Below, one piece after another: positions 25,169 to 33,322 of a stretch of 64,000 bases of DNA (the stretch's first letter is position 1; each line of letters opens with the position of its first letter). The notes below the pieces were generated by a model. That model was not told where the DNA came from. It searched no databases and saw only the letters and a program-made list of their open reading frames with translations. This stretch comes from a virus: positions 51,791 to 115,790 of the IMG/VR virus record IMGVR_UViG_3300045988_159857. One strand, given 5' to 3'. A program made the position numbers and the translations under genes.

Positions 25169-25782
25169 TAGGCCTTATCCACATAACAACTTAACATATC
25201 AGCTAAATGTAGTAATACCGCTAAAGGATACTTGTCATAAACTAAACCAATGTTATCTTGTGCACTATCGAATGACATTCCTCCCATATGATGAAGTATT
25301 GCAACACTTTCTTCTACAGTTAAAGGTATATACTGTCTGATAAGAAATTCTGAATTCTGTTCGTGATTTCCATAAATGAATAAGTTGTTATTATCTTTTG
25401 TTTTGTAACTATCCTCTTTTGTCCAATTTGGACAGTCTTTTGATGGAGGCACATTTCGGGTATAAATTTCATACTTGTTAATTTTATCCAAATCGTGCAG
25501 CAAAGACACAATTATGATACTCTCTTCACTAATATTTGTTAAATGTTTTGAGTTAACAAGACTAACAAGGTTATGATATACACACAAACAATGGTCCGCT
25601 AAACCTCCTGGATAACTACCGTGATACTTAGTTGAGGCAGGGGCTGTGTAGAAATCACTATTCTCTAATCTAGAAAGTAGTTCGTCAATGTTTGCCCCAC
25701 TTCTTGTAATCTTTTTAATTAGTTGCTCAATGTTATCGGCATTTGCTTGAATTTCGTCATTAGTTAATACTTGTTTAATCAC
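25168..25782 (-). CDS. HD-domain phosphohydrolase
   Basis: KYHGSYPGGLADHCLCV and LLHDLDKI supply the H..HD..D metal ligands. Confidence 0.75.
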   Translation of the reverse strand: MIKQVLTNDEIQANADNIEQLIKKITRSGANIDELLSRLENSDFYTAPASTKYHGSYPGGLADHCLCVYHNLVSLVNSKHLTNISEESIIIVSLLHDLDKINKYEIYTRNVPPSKDCPNWTKEDSYKTKDNNNLFIYGNHEQNSEFLIRQYIPLTVEESVAILHHMGGMSFDSAQDNIGLVYDKYPLAVLLHLADMLSCYVDKA

Positions 25783-25800
25783 TTTTATAACCTCGTAAAA

Positions 25801-26139
25801 TTAAACTGCAAATTCCCGCATCTTTCGAGTGTCTACAATTTCTCTCTTCCACTTGATTCTGTCGGCCTTTGTTATGTTGGTAACTCCTGTGTGTTTACCA
25901 CATCTTGTGCTATTGTAATGAGCTCTCCATTCAGGACAAACATGATACTTAACCATTTTGGGACTAATTGACAACTTCTTACTAATTTCAGAAATGCTTA
26001 TACCTTTTTCATACATTCCTTTCATACGATTAAGAGTTGAATTACTAAACTTGCGTTTACGGTCAAATCTAGTTCCCTGAATATTGATAACCTTATCAAT
26101 TTCGTTATCAGTCATTTTCAAAATTTCGCTTCTTGTCAT
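25801..26139 (-). CDS. helix-turn-helix DNA-binding protein
   Basis: GISISEISKKLSISPKMVKYH is an HTH-like segment. Basic C-terminus. Confidence 0.5.
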   Translation of the reverse strand: MTRSEILKMTDNEIDKVINIQGTRFDRKRKFSNSTLNRMKGMYEKGISISEISKKLSISPKMVKYHVCPEWRAHYNSTRCGKHTGVTNITKADRIKWKREIVDTRKMREFAV

Positions 26140-26174
26140 CTAGTTACTTCCTCTCAAATATATTTTATACTGAT

Positions 26175-26207
26175 AGTATATAATAATTTTATATAATTTT
26201 CAACTAA
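26175..26207 (-). promoter_or_regulatory. sigma-A-like promoter with extended -35 TTAGTTGA
   Basis: TTAGTTGAAA, 17 nt spacer, TATACT. Confidence 0.55.
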
Positions 26208-26208
26208 G

Positions 26209-26556
26209 TTATTCAGACAAACCCTGAACAAGATACTTCATTAACTTTTCGTTAATAACGTAATAATTATCACCGTCAGGTTCAAAATTAAAACAAAGAC
26301 AGTTGTTTGAGTGTCGTGTCATAAAGGCTTCTTTTTTATTTTTTTCCAACCATTCTTTTTTAACCGAAAAAGAACTCTTAGGGGACATTGAACATTTAGC
26401 TTCAATGAGCATGTTAGCCAAAGGTATTTCAATGTCACCTTTTTGAAAGTTACCCGCCCCGGAGTTCGACTGTCGTCTACCTCCGAGGGCTTTACAAATA
26501 CTTTCTTCATGTTTAGTAGAATAATATCGTGTACTTTCTTTATTTTTAGTCATCAC
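26209..26556 (-). CDS. PD-(D/E)xK nuclease, Holliday-junction-resolvase-like
   Basis: Core motif KGDIEIP...LIEAKCS (D...ExK). Small size of 115 aa. Adjacent to recA. Confidence 0.55.
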   Translation of the reverse strand: MMTKNKESTRYYSTKHEESICKALGGRRQSNSGAGNFQKGDIEIPLANMLIEAKCSMSPKSSFSVKKEWLEKNKKEAFMTRHSNNCLCFNFEPDGDNYYVINEKLMKYLVQGLSE

Positions 26557-27730
26557 GATTTTCCTCTTCTAAATCTATATTAAATACTTCGTTCAAATCT
26601 ACTCCCAACATCTGTTCGAAAGAAATAATTGAAGGGTCTAGTTTTTGTGACAATTTTTCATAAACTTTATCATAAAGTTTTTTCCAAAGGTCTTTATGCT
26701 CTTCAAAATAAGGTTTAACGTTTTTCTTACCTCTTATTTTTATTTCGTTACCTTCAGCGTCACACATTAACTCGCCGGTTTCGGGGTCAATTATTTTGAA
26801 TGTACCTTGAACACTATTGTCTATAAGTCCAAAATAGGTGGCTACTTCAATGGTGTCTTGCATAATATCAACACCTCTATCGTAGTTAATGTACATTCTA
26901 CCCAATTTTCTATCCCACTTACAAACCTTCGTTTTAAGTACGGCAGCTTCCATTATGTATCCAGCAGGTGACTCGGCACTATTTGTCAATACATTACCTT
27001 CTTCGTCAATGAACGATGATTTCTTAAACATCATTCTTACATCACAAGCGTGTTTCCAACCTCTACCACCGGCAGTTTTAAGAGGGTTACCGTAACCACT
27101 GATATTTTCTCTTAATTGATTGATACCGATAAGGGTACAATTATACTTAACAAGCATACCTTTTACTCTTCTTGCAAAATCACCAAGAGGTTTTGCAATA
27201 CCACCCATATCTTTTTTAGTCAACGACTCTCCAAAAACTTGTTGAGGTACTAACATATTTAAGGAGTCAAGAATAACTAAACCTATCTGACCGGAACGAA
27301 TTGACTGTAATATAACATCAAAAATGTCTTCTGCACACATATCAATTCCTGTAAATCTTAATGTTTTGACGACCTCGTTGTTCATATCGTAACCCATTTT
27401 CAAAGACCAAGTAGGGTCTGCCCCACACTCAAGGTCTACAAATAATATTCCTCTTGGGTTTTCAGGATTTCTCTCTATTTCTTTACGCATATATGAAGCC
27501 GCAACAAGATAAGCCGTAGTTGTTTTACCGGAACCTTCAGCACCACTAAATTCTACACAACGTCTTTCAGGAAAACAATTATACAAACAAAAGTCAAATC
27601 CGGGTGAACCTAACGATAATGTTCCATAGTGTGTTAAATCTTCCACACCTATTGACATTACATCATTACCAAACTTTTTTGTTACATTCTTTAATATTTC
27701 GTTAAGACTTAAAATTTCTTCTTTAGCCAT
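26546..27730 (-). CDS. recA: RecA-family recombinase
   Basis: N-terminus FGNDVMSIG...LSLGSPGFDFCL resembles the RecA N-terminus. Walker A is GAEGSGKTT and Walker B is LVILDSLNML. Confidence 0.85.
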   Translation of the reverse strand: MAKEEILSLNEILKNVTKKFGNDVMSIGVEDLTHYGTLSLGSPGFDFCLYNCFPERRCVEFSGAEGSGKTTTAYLVAASYMRKEIERNPENPRGILFVDLECGADPTWSLKMGYDMNNEVVKTLRFTGIDMCAEDIFDVILQSIRSGQIGLVILDSLNMLVPQQVFGESLTKKDMGGIAKPLGDFARRVKGMLVKYNCTLIGINQLRENISGYGNPLKTAGGRGWKHACDVRMMFKKSSFIDEEGNVLTNSAESPAGYIMEAAVLKTKVCKWDRKLGRMYINYDRGVDIMQDTIEVATYFGLIDNSVQGTFKIIDPETGELMCDAEGNEIKIRGKKNVKPYFEEHKDLWKKLYDKVYEKLSQKLDPSIISFEQMLGVDLNEVFNIDLEEENRDD

Positions 27731-28308
27731 TAAAACTCCTCACTACCTACTACAACAGAACCTGTGTTTCTTGTATAGTCTAACTGGTTTTCTTGCATTC
27801 GCTTACTTATGATTTTTCTTAAACTAGATAACATTTCATAAGCAGCCTCTATCTTATACTTAATTTGTCTATATACTCGAGAATAAATGTTATTAACAAC
27901 AGTTTGATACCTACTATCATTTTCCGCCATTACTGTAAGTTCAGCTACTGTCGGTTTCTTTTTCTGGTCACCTACATTAGTTAAGTTATTCGTGTAAGAA
28001 TTGTTGTAAACTTCCTTAGCCGAAAGTTTAGTAATATCATCCTTTATCCCCACACTCTCTAATCGTGTACCCATAAAGTACAGTATATTACTAAGTTCCA
28101 TTACAAGTTTTTCGAGAATGTTATCAGAGGGTGTATTTTCAACAGCATTTTCCTTAATTTTTACAAGAAGTTTGTCTAAGTCCGAGGTGTAAGCTTTAAC
28201 CACTTCGTCGGAAATATTTGTAAATAAACTAGAAGCTTCGTCAGTTTTTTCGAAAACATTTGTGATTTCAACTTTTGACTGTTCATTCTCAATAAAAGTT
28301 TTTTCCAT
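27730..28308 (-). CDS. hypothetical protein
   Basis: 192 aa. ATGA-type junctions on both sides. Confidence 0.55.
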   Translation of the reverse strand: MEKTFIENEQSKVEITNVFEKTDEASSLFTNISDEVVKAYTSDLDKLLVKIKENAVENTPSDNILEKLVMELSNILYFMGTRLESVGIKDDITKLSAKEVYNNSYTNNLTNVGDQKKKPTVAELTVMAENDSRYQTVVNNIYSRVYRQIKYKIEAAYEMLSSLRKIISKRMQENQLDYTRNTGSVVVGSEEF

Positions 28309-28310
28309 AT

Positions 28311-28778
28311 TTAATCCCCTTCTTTCAATTTAGTCAACAATGTATAGTCGGTGTCCATAAATATTCGCCTTTTTGTTGAAGGTAATTCAAATATTCTATA
28401 ATTCGAATTAAGATGTCTCATCCCAACAGACTTCTCTCCGTTTTCTTTTAGCTCAGTAATCGTCTTAGTCGGTATATATAACACTTTATCCTTCTCATAT
28501 AACCACAACACGACACCACTCCTAACACCTTTTATAGATACCTTTTTACAAAGGTTTTCATATTGAGATATGTTACAAAGGGGCAATGAAGCCCCTTTAT
28601 GTGTCTTACATTCAAGATAAAATATATTAGGAAATATAAATCCAATATAGTCTGAAATTTGTTTTATACTTTTATATCCCATTACAACGTCATATAGTCT
28701 ATCTATTGTGGCGTTAGGAACTTTCAAAAAATCTTCTTTAAACTTTTTTTCAAAAGTTTTTCCAAAATCTTTAGACAT
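28311..28778 (-). CDS. RecU-like Holliday junction resolvase (PD-(D/E)xK)
   Basis: GKTFEKKF...IDRLYD...SDYIGFIFPNIFYLECKTHKG follows the RecU pattern (D...ExK). Confidence 0.5.
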   Translation of the reverse strand: MSKDFGKTFEKKFKEDFLKVPNATIDRLYDVVMGYKSIKQISDYIGFIFPNIFYLECKTHKGASLPLCNISQYENLCKKVSIKGVRSGVVLWLYEKDKVLYIPTKTITELKENGEKSVGMRHLNSNYRIFELPSTKRRIFMDTDYTLLTKLKEGD

Positions 28779-29905
28779 TAGTCAACTACACACTCAGGAA
28801 TTACATTTGTAATCCTACCTCTTGTTAAAACAATTGAAGTGTTATTTCCAAAATTGATATTTAAGTACGGTTCGTTACAAGTCTCTAAGGTTGCTTTCAA
28901 TTCAGGTAAATCAAGAATAGCCGTATATGGCTCATCAATATCTAATACTGTGTTATTGTAATTAACAACTTCTTTGTTTTCTTTTTTAACATCATAAATA
29001 ATTACAGAATCTTTTCCAAACTCTAATGTACTGTATGGTTTAACAATATCTCTACTTCCTGACAAAGTGTTGAACAACAACAATCTACTAATAGCTTGTA
29101 ACAAATACTCCTTGTTAATATTTATAGAATAAGGATATTCTGCAGTCGCAATACCTCTAATTGCTGATACCGGTACTTTTGAAAGTAAACTATCATCACA
29201 AGACAGGATAGCTGTTAATTTAATATCAGGCGAGGTAAACGAAACTTTTGTTTGAATTATATCTTCGCTAATATTATCATAACCAATTTTCAAATTAACT
29301 TTTGAACCGTCAAACAACTTAAACAACTTAACAAGTCTATCGTTAAACAACAACTTAACTTCCTGAGGAAGATTAAAAGAGTTAACACAAGCACCACTTG
29401 TAAATGTTATAGCGCCCTTTTCATCAACATAGTACAAACGCTGTACAGGACGAGCTATTGTACCTTTAAGTAATTCCTTACTGTTATATTGAAGAATACT
29501 TGTTAATATGTCACTATCAATTTCAAATTCGTTAGTTACATTCTTAATTTCAATTTCAGGTAACTCGAGAAGTTTATCACCGTCGAAAATCAGTGGAAGT
29601 TTATAAGTTCCATTAGCCACGACTACAACATAATTATCCTTGATATTAAGTTCAACTGTATCCGTTGTTATCTGAGATATAAGTTTGAGGAACAACGTAG
29701 CATTTACAGTGGCGTGAAAATCTACAACTTCTCCAATATCTATCTTAACTTGTGCAAAATACTCTCTATTTGTAACATTCATATAAAGATAATTATCTAC
29801 AGTTACTAATTCAAGAGTTTCAGTAATAGTTGAAAGTGTATTACTATCAACTGCTGTAAGTATGTTTTTACAGGCATTTTGAAGTTTTTCAATTCTAATA
29901 ATCAT
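28778..29905 (-). CDS. dnaN: DNA polymerase III beta sliding clamp-like (DnaN-like)
   Basis: 375 aa, the DnaN size. The N-terminus MIIRIEKLQNACKNILTAVDSN resembles DnaN. A full clamp-loader set occurs in the same window. Confidence 0.6.
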   Translation of the reverse strand: MIIRIEKLQNACKNILTAVDSNTLSTITETLELVTVDNYLYMNVTNREYFAQVKIDIGEVVDFHATVNATLFLKLISQITTDTVELNIKDNYVVVVANGTYKLPLIFDGDKLLELPEIEIKNVTNEFEIDSDILTSILQYNSKELLKGTIARPVQRLYYVDEKGAITFTSGACVNSFNLPQEVKLLFNDRLVKLFKLFDGSKVNLKIGYDNISEDIIQTKVSFTSPDIKLTAILSCDDSLLSKVPVSAIRGIATAEYPYSININKEYLLQAISRLLLFNTLSGSRDIVKPYSTLEFGKDSVIIYDVKKENKEVVNYNNTVLDIDEPYTAILDLPELKATLETCNEPYLNINFGNNTSIVLTRGRITNVIPECVVD

Positions 29906-29916
29906 CTAGTTATCTC

Positions 29917-30861
29917 CTAAAATAATTCATTTTTGTGTATATTATTACCACAATACACATAGTTGTTTGCCCAATCCTTACCATAACGAAGATTAAACAA
30001 TTCTCTCATTCGTGAGGCTTTAATATCATCGTCAATAAGAAGGTCGTCTAATGTCATTCCCATTTCGTTACAAACATTTTTAACAGCCTCTATAACAGCT
30101 GGGGATTGGTTGAGTACATGTTTATCATCACAAATTTTACGATTTGAGGTAAATAGAGTTTTCTTTCCTATTTGAATTTGTCCAAAAGCGGCAAGCTTTA
30201 GCCACGTCGTACTGTCGGAACTTGTAAAAGGGAAGTTTTCAAGAATTTTATAAGTCGAAATTCCAAATGCATGAGTCTTGACGTTTGGGTTACTACTATT
30301 CTTAATTATTGTAAAAACTTTTTCAAGCCACGGTTTCCAAGTGCTACTTGGTAAACTTTTGTTTGGTGAAATACCTATGTATTTAATATGACTACCATCT
30401 TCGTGTGTATATTCAAGCATATTTTTCAACCACTTGAAATCTTCCTGTTGGTGAAAAACTGGTATTAACTTATCCCTAGATTTAACACGGTCTTTCATAT
30501 ACAGATAATTTTCCCAACTAAGTTTGGGTGCTTCTAATTGTTGCTCAATAGTTACTTCTTGACCTCTTATACCAGCAATTGTATCGAGTTGGGCGAAAAC
30601 AGTAGTATAGTCGTCAATAGAATTAAGAAATTCTATATATTCGTCAACATCTATAGTAACACCTTTAGTATGTGCAGTAAAGGCACCACTATCAATAAAT
30701 AGATTACATTTACATTCTGGATGTTCTTTTAAATAGTCAACCCATTCCAAAATATGCTTCTTTTCGGTATACTGTGACAACAATTGATGATATCCAATTT
30801 CACGTTTGAAAGCATCTGTTTCTTTTGTTGTTGTCCCTGCCGCATATAATGTAAACGCCAC
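29917..30861 (-). CDS. dpdA: DpdA-like (TGT-family) DNA 7-deazaguanine transglycosylase
   Basis: LFIDSGAFT corresponds to the TDSGGFQ catalytic-Asp motif of tRNA-guanine transglycosylases. Co-located with queC, yhhQ and queF-like genes. Confidence 0.6.
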   Translation of the reverse strand: MAFTLYAAGTTTKETDAFKREIGYHQLLSQYTEKKHILEWVDYLKEHPECKCNLFIDSGAFTAHTKGVTIDVDEYIEFLNSIDDYTTVFAQLDTIAGIRGQEVTIEQQLEAPKLSWENYLYMKDRVKSRDKLIPVFHQQEDFKWLKNMLEYTHEDGSHIKYIGISPNKSLPSSTWKPWLEKVFTIIKNSSNPNVKTHAFGISTYKILENFPFTSSDSTTWLKLAAFGQIQIGKKTLFTSNRKICDDKHVLNQSPAVIEAVKNVCNEMGMTLDDLLIDDDIKASRMRELFNLRYGKDWANNYVYCGNNIHKNELF

Positions 30862-31254
30862 TTACTCACTCTCCTTTAATTTATTTTTTATGTATCTATA
30901 GGTTTTATACCAATTTATTTTACCCCCAGGAACACTTCTATCATCAACTATAAACAAAGCACATAATTTTCTAGGTTTAGTTTCAATTGAAGCTTCTTCT
31001 AAGGTTAGTATTGGTAAGTCCCATTTATGAATCATTTTAACAGCATAATCATATCGTTCATCACATCGACATGTCCATAATATAAGAGTTAAGCCAAGTT
31101 CTTCAACTAATTTTTTAGTATATTTTTCCGCTTTTTTACATAATGTCTTACCGTCTGTTGTTAACGTACCGTCAAAATCAATTCCTACTATTTTTAAGTT
31201 TTTCGTATATTTCGATAACATCTGGTTTCTGTTTTTCATAATTATTTCCAACAT
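30862..31254 (-). CDS. HAD-like hydrolase (start uncertain; overlaps queC-like 3' end)
   Basis: GIDFDGTLT (DxDGT nucleophile motif) and a late IVDDR motif. No clear RBS for any of the three candidate ATGs (31254, 31239, 31221). Confidence 0.5.
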   Translation of the reverse strand: MLEIIMKNRNQMLSKYTKNLKIVGIDFDGTLTTDGKTLCKKAEKYTKKLVEELGLTLILWTCRCDERYDYAVKMIHKWDLPILTLEEASIETKPRKLCALFIVDDRSVPGGKINWYKTYRYIKNKLKESE

Positions 31255-31891
31255 AATTCATAAACTTTTCAATTGTTTCAGGGTCAAACTTATACCCATT
31301 GTTATAAAAAGCTGCAAACTTACTTGTGCACGATGTACACGACATACAAGGTTTACCATTTGTTGGATTATAACAACTTACAGTCGCATTGTAAGCTTCT
31401 TCAATATTACCTCCATTATCAACAAACATCTTTAACAATTCAGTCTTTGTAGTGTCTTTAAAAGGTAATTTTACTACCACAGGACCTTCCCTTGTTTCAC
31501 TTAATAGATATGAAATAACATCTCCAGCTTTTGCTGCAAAGAGCGTTGTCTTGTCATAATGAGTACTTGAACCTGTCGCTCCTAAATAGATTTCGTTACC
31601 GTAATGTGCTGCTAAAGTTACAAAATGTAAATTTCTCAAAGGTAAAAAATAATTCTGGGACGGTCTTTCGTACTCACTTAAATCATAATCAACAACTTTT
31701 AATCTTGTTGTGTCAATTTTACCTTCTTCAACAAGTTTCAACAATTTTTCATACTCTACTTCATTGTTCGCTGTATGTATCCTAACAAACAATATAGTGT
31801 CAGGTTTAATGAGGTGGTCAATCAACCAACTATCCATTCCACCACTATAAAGTAATACTTTACCTTCAGGAATTTTCAACACTTCGTTCAT
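31178..31891 (-). CDS. queC: QueC-like 7-cyano-7-deazaguanine synthase (divergent)
   Basis: PP-loop LLYSGGMDS. C-terminal Zn motif C-x9-C-x2-C-x2-C (SCYNPTNGKPCMSCTSCTSKF). RBS AAGGAG at 7 nt. Confidence 0.7.
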   Translation of the reverse strand: MNEVLKIPEGKVLLYSGGMDSWLIDHLIKPDTILFVRIHTANNEVEYEKLLKLVEEGKIDTTRLKVVDYDLSEYERPSQNYFLPLRNLHFVTLAAHYGNEIYLGATGSSTHYDKTTLFAAKAGDVISYLLSETREGPVVVKLPFKDTTKTELLKMFVDNGGNIEEAYNATVSCYNPTNGKPCMSCTSCTSKFAAFYNNGYKFDPETIEKFMNYVGNNYEKQKPDVIEIYEKLKNSRN

Positions 31892-32609
31892 ACATATTCT
31901 CCTTGTTTATAATTAAATGTCTGGTTTCATAGTTTCCGACTTTATGTGCTATAAAAGTTGTTAAAGGAAGAATTATTGCTTCATAACCTGTTTTAAGGAT
32001 AACTTGTAAACAAATCATTGTGACTACTTCCTTAACAGTCATAATAGGATTAAGAACTAAAAATGCTAAAGGTAAGTAAATACAACTATCTACTATCTCA
32101 CCTACAAAACTGGAAAGTATGGCTCTCAACCCAAAACCTTTATGGTCAGTCACTTCGACATGACGTTTTTTCATCTTAGCAAAGATAACATCGTTAGCAA
32201 AATCTCCGAAAACATAAGCTATAATAGAAGCAACACTACAAGCAAAACTACCATTAAGTATCAATTTAAAAGAAGTTGATATTGTTACATAATAATCATT
32301 ATTAGGTACCGGAAATTTACTGACAATTGCAAATATTATTATCATTAAAAGGTTACAAGTAAAGGCAATATAACACGTTCTTCTACTCCACTGATAACCG
32401 TAAACTTCTGAAAAGACGTCTGACAATATATAGGTTACAGGAAACAACATCACAGCACTTGTCATACTAAACCCGAAAAAGTTAAATATTCTAGAGGATA
32501 TAATGTTTGAAATTAACAATGCGCAGACAAATATAATAGTTAGAATATTTTGAACGGGACTTATATTCTTATTGTCAAGTCCAAATTCTTTTTGTAAAAA
32601 CTTTAACAT
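31866..32609 (-). CDS. yhhQ: YhhQ/COG1738-family queuosine-precursor (preQ0/preQ1) transporter
   Basis: Polytopic membrane protein. It aligns by eye with E. coli YhhQ over three segments: ISNIISSRIF..FPVTYILSDVFSEVYG, ASIIAYVFGDFANDVIFAKMK and SSFVGEIVDS. Confidence 0.8.
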   Translation of the reverse strand: MLKFLQKEFGLDNKNISPVQNILTIIFVCALLISNIISSRIFNFFGFSMTSAVMLFPVTYILSDVFSEVYGYQWSRRTCYIAFTCNLLMIIIFAIVSKFPVPNNDYYVTISTSFKLILNGSFACSVASIIAYVFGDFANDVIFAKMKKRHVEVTDHKGFGLRAILSSFVGEIVDSCIYLPLAFLVLNPIMTVKEVVTMICLQVILKTGYEAIILPLTTFIAHKVGNYETRHLIINKENMYERSVENS

Positions 32610-32618
32610 TTAATTTTA

Positions 32619-32657
32619 CTCCTTTAATTTTTTATGGTTGGGAAAGGATTACAACCA
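32619..32657 (-). promoter_or_regulatory. candidate preQ1-I-like riboswitch (H-type pseudoknot sequestering the yhhQ SD)
   Basis: RNA is UGGUUG-UAAUCCUUUCC-CAACCA-UAAAAAAUU-AAAGGAG. P1 is 6 bp. Loop UCCUUU can pair with AAAGGA of the SD to form P2. An A-rich L3 is present, and C residues lie immediately 5' of the P1 3' strand. The ATG lies 9 nt after the SD. Confidence 0.45.
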
Positions 32658-32665
32658 GATTTTGT

Positions 32666-33001
32666 TTACTCTTTTTCCACTGTTACTGGAAAATGTTTAG
32701 CATTTTCAGCTCTAACGCTTACTTTAAGATATTTTGGTTTATATTCATCTTGGAGGTGTTGATAAACTCTGTCTACAACATCCTCTATAATAAGGTTCTG
32801 TCCTTGAATATAATTATTAAAAAACTCTTCTTCGTCAAGATAGTCCATCATCACCGTACCAGGGGTAAACTGAACGGTTATATAGGTTGTGTAATAATCA
32901 TGTCCAAGCGGACAATAAACTGTAAGAGTTTTATCAAAGGTTACTTTACTTATACCTTGTGTGTGTTCAAACTTAGCCAACTTGTCACCTTCTCTTAACA
33001 A
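32666..33001 (-). CDS. QueF-like T-fold protein lacking the NADPH-binding QueF motif
   Basis: Aligns by eye to B. subtilis QueF. LTVYCPLGHDYYTTYITVQFTP matches [22 protein letters not shown], so the catalytic Cys is kept. The E(S/L)K(S/A)hK(L/Y)(Y/F/W) motif is replaced by DYLDEEEFF. Only 111 aa. Confidence 0.55.
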   Translation of the reverse strand: MLREGDKLAKFEHTQGISKVTFDKTLTVYCPLGHDYYTTYITVQFTPGTVMMDYLDEEEFFNNYIQGQNLIIEDVVDRVYQHLQDEYKPKYLKVSVRAENAKHFPVTVEKE

Positions 33002-33017
33002 TATTATATATATATAA

Positions 33018-33272
33018 TCACGAATTACTTCGTGTTGTTTTAATAATATTTATGAAATAATAAACATCTAATACCAATATAATACTATTAGAAATCATTG
33101 TACTATAAGCTAAAAATTTTATAGAATATATCACAAATAAGATAGAAGCCAAACCATTAAACGCCCTCATCAGTAACTGTGTCTTAACAGATTTACAATT
33201 AAACGTCATTGACAAGATAAGTAATATTGTTGCAAAAATTCCAAGACATTCATTAAACAACTTCATCAACAC
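33018..33272 (-). CDS. small 3-TM membrane protein
   Basis: 84 aa with three hydrophobic segments. RBS GAAAGGTG. Confidence 0.55.
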   Translation of the reverse strand: MLMKLFNECLGIFATILLILSMTFNCKSVKTQLLMRAFNGLASILFVIYSIKFLAYSTMISNSIILVLDVYYFINIIKTTRSNS

Positions 33273-33289
33273 CTTTCATTTCAATGATT

Positions 33290-33322
33290 AGTATATATTA
33301 AATACAAATAAAATTCAACTAG
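33290..33322 (-). promoter_or_regulatory. sigma-A-like promoter (variant CTAGTTGA)
   Basis: CTAGTTGAAT, 17 nt spacer, TATACT. Overlaps the polA-C stop. Confidence 0.5.
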
